64,000 nt of DNA from a virus. The stretch spans positions 93,281-157,280 of IMG/VR virus record IMGVR_UViG_3300015171_000001; one strand, written 5' to 3'. Under the pieces are notes generated by a model. The model saw only the letters and a list, made by a program, of their open reading frames with translations. It was not told where the DNA came from and did no database searches. Both the position numbers and the translations under genes were made by a program. Positions 48,631 to 57,967 of this stretch are shown piece after piece; positions within the stretch are counted from its first letter, which is position 1, and the number at the start of each line of letters is the position of its first letter.

Positions 48631-49686
48631 ATGAAAACCGTTTTAAATTTAATAAATGTGCCAGTAGAAGAACGCATAATGTTTTTAGGACCAGAATTGT
48701 CCTTGCAGAGATTTGATCAAGTAAAATATCCAAAATTTCTAGAAATTTATGAAAAAATGGAGACTTTTAGATGGCAACCATCTAGAATAAATTTAAATAA
48801 AGATAGAATTGATTATGAAAAAATGAGTGATGTTGAATTACATGTTTTTCAATCTAATATCAGATGGCAGACAGCAGTAGATGCTTGTTTAAGTAGATCT
48901 ATTCATAATATTTCTCAATACATAACTAATTGTGAACTTGAAATTTGTTGTACGTCATGGGCATCGTTTGAAACGCTTCACTCATTTTCGTATACTTTTT
49001 TGTTTAAAAATGTTACAAAAGATGCGACAAAATTCTTTGATTCGATATTAGAAGATCCAATGATTATTGAGAGAGCAAAAAATATTACTAGTGCATATGA
49101 TTCTTTTTTTGGCAATCCAACAGATATAAAACAAACTATTTTTGATGCAATTTTAAATACTCAAGCAGTTGAGGGAGTTAGTTTTTATACTAGTTTTATA
49201 TGTTCTTTTTATTTTGGTGCAAAAGAAAAAATGACTGGATCTGCTGATATTATAAAAGAAATTGCCAGAGATGAAGCATTACATGTTTCTATTACGCAAA
49301 ATATATTTAAAAATTGGAAAACACATCCAGAAGAGGGATTTCAAGAATTATTGAAAAGAAATGAAGAAAAAGTATATGAATTTTATAAATTAATTGTTAA
49401 GCAAGAATCTGATTGGACTGATTATCTTTTTAGTAAAGGTTCATTATTGGGACTTAATTCCGAAATATTAAAATCATATACCGAATATATTGCCAATAAT
49501 CGACTTGCTAGTATGGGATATAAAAAGATATTTAAAACTAAAAATGATCCCACTGTTGGATGGTCTGCTGGATATTTTGATTCTTCTATTTCTCAACCAG
49601 CACCACAAGAAACAGAAATAACTTCTTATCTATCTAATGCGGCGAATACTGATTTGAATTTGAATGAATTTGAAGGATTATTATAA
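48631..49686 (+). CDS. nrdB: Ribonucleotide reductase class Ia beta subunit
   Basis: FETLHSFSY, EGVSFY, DEALH, APQETEITSY. Confidence 0.95.
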   Translation: MKTVLNLINVPVEERIMFLGPELSLQRFDQVKYPKFLEIYEKMETFRWQPSRINLNKDRIDYEKMSDVELHVFQSNIRWQTAVDACLSRSIHNISQYITNCELEICCTSWASFETLHSFSYTFLFKNVTKDATKFFDSILEDPMIIERAKNITSAYDSFFGNPTDIKQTIFDAILNTQAVEGVSFYTSFICSFYFGAKEKMTGSADIIKEIARDEALHVSITQNIFKNWKTHPEEGFQELLKRNEEKVYEFYKLIVKQESDWTDYLFSKGSLLGLNSEILKSYTEYIANNRLASMGYKKIFKTKNDPTVGWSAGYFDSSISQPAPQETEITSYLSNAANTDLNLNEFEGLL

Positions 49687-49798
49687 ATGTATGTAATATC
49701 AAGATTAGTCATAAAAAATAATATTTTATAAAATTCGTGTAAAAAGTTATTTATTAAAAATAAGTTTAATATTTATTTTAAATGATAAATTTCACACA

Positions 49799-50137
49799 AT
49801 GAGTCCTGAATTAATTACAGCATTAACAACAACTGCAACAGCATTAATAACCGCAATATCAACATGGTGGTTATCCAAGCCAAAAGACAAAAACGATTAT
49901 TTTAAAACTTTACTTGAAGCAAATGAGAAATTTAGAGAGGAAGTTAGGGAAGATTTAAAGTCTGCAAAAGCAGAAATAGAAAAATATAAAGAGAAAATTG
50001 AAGAATTGGATGCTTCTATATCTAGTTATTGCGATAAATTACTTGAATATGAACGACTTATAAAGACTTACGAATCACAAATATCCGAAAATAAAGAGGA
50101 AATAAGTTATTTAAGAAATAAATATGAAACAAAGTAA
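49799..50137 (+). CDS. Membrane-anchored coiled-coil protein (holin-like)
   Basis: N-terminal ELITALTTTATALITAISTWWLS followed by a long heptad coiled coil. Confidence 0.45.
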   Translation: MSPELITALTTTATALITAISTWWLSKPKDKNDYFKTLLEANEKFREEVREDLKSAKAEIEKYKEKIEELDASISSYCDKLLEYERLIKTYESQISENKEEISYLRNKYETK

Positions 50138-50537
50138 TGTGCAAGAGGTTCTTTTAGTGGATGACGATCCTATTTTTCTAAAATTATTTTCCATTTATTT
50201 TAAGGAAAATTTTCCCAATTTTAATATAATAAAAACAACTTCTCCAATAGAAGCTCTTAAAATATTTAGAAATAAGATAAAAAAGAAAACCCCAATTACA
50301 TTTTCTGTTATTGATTGGAAAATGCCAGAAATTACTGGAGAATTTTTATCAGTCATGTTTAAAAAGGAATCTGATAAAATTAAAACAGTGTTATTGACAG
50401 GTTCTAGTGATTCTGTATTTTTAAAACATTTCTCGGCATATAAATTTGATTTGATATTATCAAAAAGAGATAAAATAGAGGATATATTTGAAAAATTGAG
50501 AAATCTGATAAAAGTGGAAGATTGTTGTCAGAAATAA
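50124..50537 (+). CDS. Stand-alone response-regulator receiver (CheY-like)
   Basis: VLLVDDD, IDWKMPEITG (phospho-acceptor Asp), LLTG, SK. Confidence 0.85.
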   Translation: MKQSNVQEVLLVDDDPIFLKLFSIYFKENFPNFNIIKTTSPIEALKIFRNKIKKKTPITFSVIDWKMPEITGEFLSVMFKKESDKIKTVLLTGSSDSVFLKHFSAYKFDLILSKRDKIEDIFEKLRNLIKVEDCCQK

Positions 50538-50573
50538 TGTTTTTAATGTGTTCGCGCAATATTTATATAGATT

Positions 50574-51050
50574 ATGGCAATAAAGACTTTAAGACAGTTG
50601 GTTAACGAAATTACACAATCTACTTCTGAACACCAAAGAAGTGTAAATAAATATGTTCAAGAAATTGAAAAAGTTTTGAAGAAAGAGATGGGAGACTATT
50701 GTTCGGTAAATGTTGATGATAGTCAAGTGATTATACTGGATGATGGTGAGTCTGGAAATGCATTTGATGTTCATATTCGAGTTTTATCAAGAAACTTATT
50801 TTCACTAGAATGTTTTATTGGTGGAAAACATGGTAAAAAGTATACAGAAACTAATCTTACTATGGACGATCTTTTAGATTGGATCAAGAATGAACTTAAA
50901 CAAGAAGTTGAAGAATTGGACAAGTCTACTGAAGATGATTTGGATGAAAAGGGTTATGATGGTTCTGAAAAAGGAAAAAAGAAAGAAGATAAATCTTTTA
51001 CAATTTCAAGCAAAGATTTAAATAGAAAAGCAGGCGGTCCACAAAAATAA
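50574..51050 (+). CDS. Hypothetical acidic protein, possible internal head protein
   Basis: MAIKTLRQLVNE tag, with TATTTATA 6 nt upstream. Confidence 0.55.
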   Translation: MAIKTLRQLVNEITQSTSEHQRSVNKYVQEIEKVLKKEMGDYCSVNVDDSQVIILDDGESGNAFDVHIRVLSRNLFSLECFIGGKHGKKYTETNLTMDDLLDWIKNELKQEVEELDKSTEDDLDEKGYDGSEKGKKKEDKSFTISSKDLNRKAGGPQK

Positions 51051-51055
51051 TTTAT

Positions 51056-51943
51056 ATGGTTTTTGATATCAATGAGGAAATTTTAAAATATCCCAAGCCC
51101 ATTGATTTGTTTATAAAAGATTTTCAATGGAAACTTTTAGTTAGAAATTTCTTACAAAAAAAGAATGCTTTATTAGTAGGATTGAGTGGAACAGGAAAAA
51201 CAATTTCAATAAAGAAATTGGTAGATGTTACAAAACAACAAGATAATTTTTATTATTTTAACTTAGGAGCCTCACAAGATCCAAGGTCTGTTTTTATAGG
51301 TAATACTCATTATGATAAAGATAAAGGAACTTTTTTTGATGAGTCCGATTTTATTAAAGCAATTACTACGGAAAATAGTATTATTTTATTAGATGAAATT
51401 TCTAGATGTCATCCAGATGGTTGGAATATTTTATTAAGTGTATTAGATGATCACCAAAAATATATTAGATTGGACGAGAAAGTTGGGAATAAGGTTATTA
51501 AGGTCGCTAAGGGGGTTATATTCTTCGCAACGGCAAATGTTGGCTCTGCATACACATCAACGAGAATAATGGACAGGGCGTTAATTGGGAGATTTAATAA
51601 CCAATTAATTATTGATCCATTAACTGGAAATCAAGAAGAAGAATTTTTAAATCAACAATATCCAGAAATAACCGAGTTTAATTTTATAATATCTGATATA
51701 GCTGGTCACACAAGAGAAGAAATTAAAAAATCATCAGCCAAATTGACAAATTATTTATCTACCAGGGAAACTAAAGAAATGTGTGAATTGTATATGGATG
51801 GATTTTCAATTGAAGAAATTGCTGATTTGTGTATATATCCCAATTTTTCTGATGATGGAGGAATAGAATCTGAACGAGTTTATATTAAACAGTATGTACA
51901 AAAACATATTAGGAGAGAATCCGATCCAAATTCATTGTTTTAA
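51056..51943 (+). CDS. MoxR-family AAA+ ATPase (CobS/NorQ-like)
   Basis: GLSGTGKT, LLDEISR, ATAN, MDRALIGRF, STR. Confidence 0.88.
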   Translation: MVFDINEEILKYPKPIDLFIKDFQWKLLVRNFLQKKNALLVGLSGTGKTISIKKLVDVTKQQDNFYYFNLGASQDPRSVFIGNTHYDKDKGTFFDESDFIKAITTENSIILLDEISRCHPDGWNILLSVLDDHQKYIRLDEKVGNKVIKVAKGVIFFATANVGSAYTSTRIMDRALIGRFNNQLIIDPLTGNQEEEFLNQQYPEITEFNFIISDIAGHTREEIKKSSAKLTNYLSTRETKEMCELYMDGFSIEEIADLCIYPNFSDDGGIESERVYIKQYVQKHIRRESDPNSLF

Positions 51944-53817
51944 TGAGCGAAAAACTACATTCTAATTTTTGGTTAAATAAAGACATATTACAAAACATTT
52001 TTGAAGCAAATAATGTTCTTGGATATATTCTTTATAAAAAGATTATAAGCAATTATGTAAATATAATAGCAAATGAAGATCTTGAAATAACATTTAGTGA
52101 TGATGAAAAAAATCAAACAAATGGAAAAACGATAACAATTTCTTCAAAATTAGATTTTGATAAATTTGATGTTAATATTGGTGTAGCTTTGCATGAAGCA
52201 TCTCATATTAGATTAACAGACTTTACAAAATTATTAGATTTTTCAAGAAAAATTCCATTGGATTTATATGATATAAGAAGGCATAAAAATATTGGTATTG
52301 ATATTTTTGAGAAATTTTGTTTTTTGGTTTTTAATTATATAGAAGACAAATTTATAGACGACTATATTTATACTAATTTTTTAGGATACCGACCTTATTA
52401 TATAGCAATGTATAATGAATATTTTAATTCCGAAGTGGTAACTAAAATTTTAGAATCTGATTACTATAGAAAATCAGATTTGAATTCATATGAATTTAGA
52501 TTAATAAATTTATCCAATGAAAAATCAGATTATTTAGCTCTTCCAAAATTAAAAGAGATTTATGATTTAATAAACTATAAAAATATTTCTAGATTAAAAA
52601 AGATAGAAGATAGATTAAATTTATCATTTGATATAAGTAAGGTTATTTTGCAAGAAATTTCTGTGTGCAAAGGCGAAAAAAACTATTCTCTATTTAATAA
52701 GAGTGAAATTAAAATTGACGAGGGAAAAGAAGTTGATAATAAAGAAAATGAAGTTCCTGAATCAATTAATAAATTAAAAGATAATCAAAAACGACTTATT
52801 AATGGAGAGTTAAGAAAAAGTACTATCAGCAAAGATGTAAAATCCCAAATAGATTCATTACAAAATTGTGATATACATTATAAATTGATTGGAGATGGTA
52901 CAGATAAAATTCCTAATGTCCCATGTATTATTATAGAAAGAATAACAAAAGAATATTTAATGTCTCTCGAAGATAAAATAACATTAAGATTAGAAAATAA
53001 AAATAATGAGAAATTTATAAATAGAGGAATTTGTAGGGGAGATTTATTATACAATAAAGTAAAATTTTTCCCTGAGATACTACAAGAAATAATGCAGAAT
53101 AAAAATTCTGGGAAATTGGATAAGAAAAAATTATATTCTGCAGAATTTAATGAAAATATTTTTTATAAAAAAGAAGGTGCTTCTAAGGAAAGAAAGATTT
53201 TTGTGCATATATCTATTGATGCTTCTGGCTCTATGGATGGTATAAAATGGGAACAAACTATTGTTTTTGTAATGTCATTGGCAAGATTATTCTCAAAAAT
53301 AAAATTGGTAGATTATATTGTGTCTTTTAGAGAAACAACAAAATCAAAAACATCATCTTATCCTTTATTGACGATTGGGTTTGATTCTAAAAAAGATAAT
53401 TTTGAAAAATTAAAAGATTTGTTTAGATATACTATTCCACATTCTTCTACTCCAGAGGGATTGTGTTTTCAGGCAATGGGAAAATATTTTGATGATTCAT
53501 GCCCAAATTATTTGATAAATATTTCTGATGGTGCTCCATGTTATAAATTTCCAAATGGAAAAGTATATTCTGGAAAATCAGCAGCAATGCATACAAAGAA
53601 ACAAATAGAAATGCTCCTTAGAAAAGGAATACATGTGTTTTCTTATTTTATTTATGATAAAAATGAAAATAATGGAAAAGAAATATCTTATATAACAAGT
53701 TTTTTATTTAAAATAATGTATGAAAAACATGGATATTTAATTGATACTGACCAACTTACACAAGTTTCTGAGTCATTAACCAAAGAATTTTATAAAAAAT
53801 TACTTGACCAATTATAA
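51943..53817 (+). CDS. VWA-domain partner protein with N-terminal HExxH (CobT-like)
   Basis: ALHEASH, NYIED, MIDAS motif IDASGSM, TPEG, ISDGAP. Confidence 0.82.
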   Translation: MSEKLHSNFWLNKDILQNIFEANNVLGYILYKKIISNYVNIIANEDLEITFSDDEKNQTNGKTITISSKLDFDKFDVNIGVALHEASHIRLTDFTKLLDFSRKIPLDLYDIRRHKNIGIDIFEKFCFLVFNYIEDKFIDDYIYTNFLGYRPYYIAMYNEYFNSEVVTKILESDYYRKSDLNSYEFRLINLSNEKSDYLALPKLKEIYDLINYKNISRLKKIEDRLNLSFDISKVILQEISVCKGEKNYSLFNKSEIKIDEGKEVDNKENEVPESINKLKDNQKRLINGELRKSTISKDVKSQIDSLQNCDIHYKLIGDGTDKIPNVPCIIIERITKEYLMSLEDKITLRLENKNNEKFINRGICRGDLLYNKVKFFPEILQEIMQNKNSGKLDKKKLYSAEFNENIFYKKEGASKERKIFVHISIDASGSMDGIKWEQTIVFVMSLARLFSKIKLVDYIVSFRETTKSKTSSYPLLTIGFDSKKDNFEKLKDLFRYTIPHSSTPEGLCFQAMGKYFDDSCPNYLINISDGAPCYKFPNGKVYSGKSAAMHTKKQIEMLLRKGIHVFSYFIYDKNENNGKEISYITSFLFKIMYEKHGYLIDTDQLTQVSESLTKEFYKKLLDQL

Positions 53818-53840
53818 AAAGTGTAGTATTGTTTTATAAT

Positions 53841-55925
53841 ATGATTCTAAATGATGTTATTGCACCAGTGGAAAAGAACAATGTTTCTAACGAACATGTA
53901 TTTAAAATAAAAACCTCAAGTAAGGCATTTGAGATTTTGAGTAAAAGCATTTATTCAGATCCTATTGCTGCTCCAATTAGAGAACTTTCGGCAAATGCTT
54001 GGGATTCTCATAAACGCGCAAAAAATCCAGAACAATTTATTGTTCATTTGCCAAATGAGATGAACTCTACTTTTTATGTTCGCGATTTTGGCACAGGAAT
54101 GTCTGAAGAAGATATTCATAATATTTATACAACATATTTTGAATCAACAAAATCTAATTCAAATGATGAAATTGGATGTCTTGGCTTAGGAAGCAAAACA
54201 CCATTTTGTTGTACAGATATTTTTGTGGTAACATCCTTTTTTAATGGAATTAAGAAAATTTTTAGTGCATTTTTGGAGAATGGTCTTCCAAAGATTGCTA
54301 AGATGCACGAAGAACCAACAGATGAAAAAAATGGATTAATGGTTGCTTTTTCTGTTAAATCTTCAGACTTTTCTAATTTTTATCAAAAGGCAAAATCTAT
54401 TTTTTCTAATTTCAATGAAAAACCAAAAATCATTGGACATGAAATTACTTTTGAAGATTGTAATCCTGTACATATTGGCCACGGTTGGATTACATATGAT
54501 AAACAATCTTATTATAGTGGAACAGCATCTGCATTAATGGGCAATATTTTGTATCCAATTAAGTCTGACCAAATTGGGTTAACTCGCTCAGATAGTGAGT
54601 TGATCCAGTCTATTAAACTTGTGTTGAAATTTGATATTGGAGAAATTGAAATGTCTGCCTCTAGGGAACACTTGCAGTATACATCAAAAACAATCTTGGC
54701 AATTAATGAAAAACTCCAATTTTTTAAGAAAGACTATATTGAGATTTTTGAGAAAGAAATTTTGGCACAACCAGATTTTTATTCTGCAAAAATGGTTTAT
54801 TTTAAATACGAGAATATTTTAAATAAATTGAAATCTTCGTTTGTTGCAAATAAGTCTGGATGGATTTTTGATGGGAAAGATTTGAAAGATGATATTGTTC
54901 ATCAATCAGGCAACCCATATGAAGTAACATATTTTCCTCCAAATTCAAAAAAATCAAAAAAATCAAAAAAGGCTAAATTTTATGTTAATCAGTATATTGT
55001 ATGTTATATTGGGGATGCTAAAAATTCTATTGGAAGAATTAAACAAGATTTTAATAATTGTGGCGCGTGTTTATTTAATCCTATTGATGATGCTCAATTG
55101 ATAAAAAATATTCAAGATTACTATGGATCTAGTCTAGTTTTTAGGAAGACTTCTGACTTAACAGATACTCCAAAATTAAAACAGGCACCCAGAGAAAGAA
55201 ATATTAAGTCTTTGTATGTTTTTAATAGAATGTCGGATTCATGTTCAAGAAATTCTTATTATGATTCTAAAAATAGAATCCGAGATTGGCATTTAGAAGA
55301 TGTTGATGTTACTTCATCAGACCCAATTATTTATTTTAATATTAGGAATTATGATTTTGTGGATTTCTCTGAACATGATTCTCTTTGTATTAGAAAATCA
55401 ATTTCTGTATTTTTAAATAAAATAGATCCAACTAGAACAATAAAAATATATGGTTTGAATAAAAAACTTACCAATATGTCAAGCACATTTATTAATTTTT
55501 CTGATTTTATTTTGAAGTACAAAAAAGAAATACAAGAATTATATTCTGAATTGGAAATATTTAAATTTTTTGATGAATATAACAACAAAATAATTAAAGA
55601 TTTAAGTAAGAATTATAAATCTATTAAAAATAAGAATTCTATTGCACATAAAAACTTTCGTAAAATTGCCGCATTAGAAAAATATGTAAAAATTTGTAAG
55701 AAAAAAAATGTAAAAGATAATTCACATAAATTTGATATGATTAATGTGCATACATTTGAATATTTATTTAATAAGGATGCGAAAATGCCGTTGAAAAAGA
55801 TTATTGGTGATTATAAAATGGAATTGTTTACTAAATATCCAATGTTGGGACTTATAAATGAAGCCTTGGTACAAAACACACAAGAAATTTTGATTGATTA
55901 TATTAATTTCATTGACAAAGTATAA
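53841..55925 (+). CDS. rIIA: rIIA-like protein (GHKL ATPase)
   Basis: IYSD....IRELSANAWDSH, DFGTGMS, YFESTK, GCLGLGSK, SREHLQY. Adjacent to rIIB. Confidence 0.85.
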   Translation: MILNDVIAPVEKNNVSNEHVFKIKTSSKAFEILSKSIYSDPIAAPIRELSANAWDSHKRAKNPEQFIVHLPNEMNSTFYVRDFGTGMSEEDIHNIYTTYFESTKSNSNDEIGCLGLGSKTPFCCTDIFVVTSFFNGIKKIFSAFLENGLPKIAKMHEEPTDEKNGLMVAFSVKSSDFSNFYQKAKSIFSNFNEKPKIIGHEITFEDCNPVHIGHGWITYDKQSYYSGTASALMGNILYPIKSDQIGLTRSDSELIQSIKLVLKFDIGEIEMSASREHLQYTSKTILAINEKLQFFKKDYIEIFEKEILAQPDFYSAKMVYFKYENILNKLKSSFVANKSGWIFDGKDLKDDIVHQSGNPYEVTYFPPNSKKSKKSKKAKFYVNQYIVCYIGDAKNSIGRIKQDFNNCGACLFNPIDDAQLIKNIQDYYGSSLVFRKTSDLTDTPKLKQAPRERNIKSLYVFNRMSDSCSRNSYYDSKNRIRDWHLEDVDVTSSDPIIYFNIRNYDFVDFSEHDSLCIRKSISVFLNKIDPTRTIKIYGLNKKLTNMSSTFINFSDFILKYKKEIQELYSELEIFKFFDEYNNKIIKDLSKNYKSIKNKNSIAHKNFRKIAALEKYVKICKKKNVKDNSHKFDMINVHTFEYLFNKDAKMPLKKIIGDYKMELFTKYPMLGLINEALVQNTQEILIDYINFIDKV

Positions 55926-55946
55926 AAAATAACATAATATATTACT

Positions 55947-56768
55947 ATGAATATTCCACAAGTTATTACATCAAACGGAACAGTAAACTATGTTTTAGAC
56001 GGAAAGTCATTTCTTTTTCACAAAGAAAATCCATTTCACTCAAAGATTTTGGATGCTTTACATAAGTCAAACACTGAAATATTAAAGAAGTATTCGGATG
56101 TCTCTAACACAATTAATGAATGGGGATGTGGAAGAGTATTTTCTAGATGTGGAAACATTTATATTAAAACTGATAGCGAAGAAATCTTGTTAAGTGATAA
56201 AATTCATGAGAGGATTATTACTTTAATTCATGATAATATTGACTGTAATTATTTAATTAGATTTTTATTTAATTTGATGGAAAACAAGTCAGTAGAATCT
56301 ATCAAGTCTATGTATGATTTTCTTCAACACAAGAATTTGCCATTGACAGATGATGGGTGTTTTCTAGCATATAAAGCCGTCAGTAATAATTATTATGATA
56401 AGCATAGTGGAAAATTTTTAAATACTGTTGGATCTATTTTAGAGATTCCAATAGAACAAGTAGATCCTAATAGGAACAACGAATGTTCTTATGGATTGCA
56501 TGTAGGTGCTATTGATTATGTTATTGATTTTGGAAATTTGGAAAGGAATTTTAAAATTCCTGTTGAAGATTCCGAGACCAAGTATTTTGGAGATAGAGTG
56601 GTTATTGTAAAAGTAAATCCTAGAGATGCTATTGCTGTTCCAATAGATTGCAATTTCCAAAAACTGAGAGTGTGTAGATATGAAGTAATCAGCGAATTAC
56701 TTGATGGAGAGTCTTTTTATACAGACTCTGTTGTACATGTCTCCAAATATTTAACAAACGAAGAATAA
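55947..56768 (+). CDS. rIIB: rIIB-like protein
   Basis: LPLTDDGCFLAYKAV, VDPNR..ECSYGLHVG, VKVNPRD..AVP.D...KLRVCRYEV. Confidence 0.88.
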   Translation: MNIPQVITSNGTVNYVLDGKSFLFHKENPFHSKILDALHKSNTEILKKYSDVSNTINEWGCGRVFSRCGNIYIKTDSEEILLSDKIHERIITLIHDNIDCNYLIRFLFNLMENKSVESIKSMYDFLQHKNLPLTDDGCFLAYKAVSNNYYDKHSGKFLNTVGSILEIPIEQVDPNRNNECSYGLHVGAIDYVIDFGNLERNFKIPVEDSETKYFGDRVVIVKVNPRDAIAVPIDCNFQKLRVCRYEVISELLDGESFYTDSVVHVSKYLTNEE

Positions 56769-56771
56769 ATT

Positions 56772-57161
56772 ATGAATAAACAAAAACCAGAAACAAAAAC
56801 AAAGAGAGCAAAATTAGAAGTAAATTTTCCAAATGGATATTTTACTGTTGAAGATTTGCAAAACTTATATAAAGATGCCGTGAATATAACCCTTAGATTC
56901 AAATTGACAAAGGCAAAGGAGTCAAAACGGGTTGTTACGATTGGAACTATTAAACGCGACATAGGAAGACCGCAATTGATTTTTGCTAAAAAGCCTATTT
57001 CAAATGAGACTTTAATTAAAGCCAATAATGTTAAAGAAATTACGCTAGATTCGGAATATGCTGTTCAAGTTGTTGAGGCTTTGAAAATTAGGAATACTTC
57101 TAAAAAAGAAGATGTTGAAGAAACTCAGAAAGTTGAAACTTCTGAACATGCTTCTGTTTAA
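56772..57161 (+). CDS. Small basic protein, possibly winged-helix DNA-binding
   Basis: FTVEDL...ITLRFKL...GRPQLIF. Confidence 0.5.
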   Translation: MNKQKPETKTKRAKLEVNFPNGYFTVEDLQNLYKDAVNITLRFKLTKAKESKRVVTIGTIKRDIGRPQLIFAKKPISNETLIKANNVKEITLDSEYAVQVVEALKIRNTSKKEDVEETQKVETSEHASV

Positions 57162-57187
57162 TTAAAATAAATTTTTATTTTAAACAA

Positions 57188-57218
57188 AAAGACGTATAAT
57201 TTAATATTATACGTCTTT
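57188..57218 (+). terminator. Terminator-like hairpin
   Basis: AAAGACGTATAAT-5-ATTATACGTCTTT. Confidence 0.7.
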
Positions 57219-57225
57219 CATTTTT

Positions 57226-57510
57226 ATGGATTATTATTTACTTGAATTGAATTCTACAAAATTTATTTTGTTTGATGATAAGTTTGGAATAGAAGGAGAA
57301 GGGTCTACTCCAATTGGGTCTTTTTCTCCTAGAGAAACTATTGCATGTTTGACAAAAGGAAATTTGCAAAAATTATCTAAAGAACTTAATAAAATTGGAG
57401 AAGATGATTCCAAAGCAGTGTTTTATTACATGCGAAAAGTTGGAAAATTATATAAGTGTGTAGAAGGACTTCCTCAAAAATTTAAATATTTAATAAAGGC
57501 GGGAAAATGA
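57226..57510 (+). CDS. Hypothetical protein
   Basis: 94 aa ORF in operon context. Confidence 0.6.
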   Translation: MDYYLLELNSTKFILFDDKFGIEGEGSTPIGSFSPRETIACLTKGNLQKLSKELNKIGEDDSKAVFYYMRKVGKLYKCVEGLPQKFKYLIKAGK

Positions 57511-57713
57511 TTTATTTTGTTTTATTTTTATTTTTAACACAGATTGTATTTGCATATATCGTTATTATAAAGATTTCGAATATTATTGATGTAATTACAG
57601 AACAAAAATCTTTGTTAAATAAACAAGCATCACAAGTTAATTCTTATATGAACAAGATTTCCGAAGTATATAAGACGATAAATCAACTCAAAAAAAGTTT
57701 AAAAAATAAATAA
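57507..57713 (+). CDS. Small membrane protein
   Basis: Hydrophobic N-terminus plus coiled coil, ATGA overlap. Confidence 0.55.
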   Translation: MIYFVLFLFLTQIVFAYIVIIKISNIIDVITEQKSLLNKQASQVNSYMNKISEVYKTINQLKKSLKNK

Positions 57714-57721
57714 CATATTTT

Positions 57722-57964
57722 ATGGAAATTCCTATTTTAAAAATTGGAGATGAATTAATATTTAATATATTTAAAGTTTCTTTGTTGATTCCATCTATTT
57801 TTGTCAAAAAAATTCATGGTAATGAATGGTGTGATGATAATTTAATTAAAATGGGGGTTATTGTAGACACCAAGATTTATTTCGAAAAATCAGATAGTCA
57901 TTGGGGATTTATATTTTGTATTTTTGGATTTGGATTTTGTCTTAATAGACAATGGGGTTATTAA
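57722..57964 (+). CDS. Hypothetical protein
   Basis: 80 aa ORF filling the gap before polB. Confidence 0.5.
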   Translation: MEIPILKIGDELIFNIFKVSLLIPSIFVKKIHGNEWCDDNLIKMGVIVDTKIYFEKSDSHWGFIFCIFGFGFCLNRQWGY

Positions 57965-57967
57965 AGC

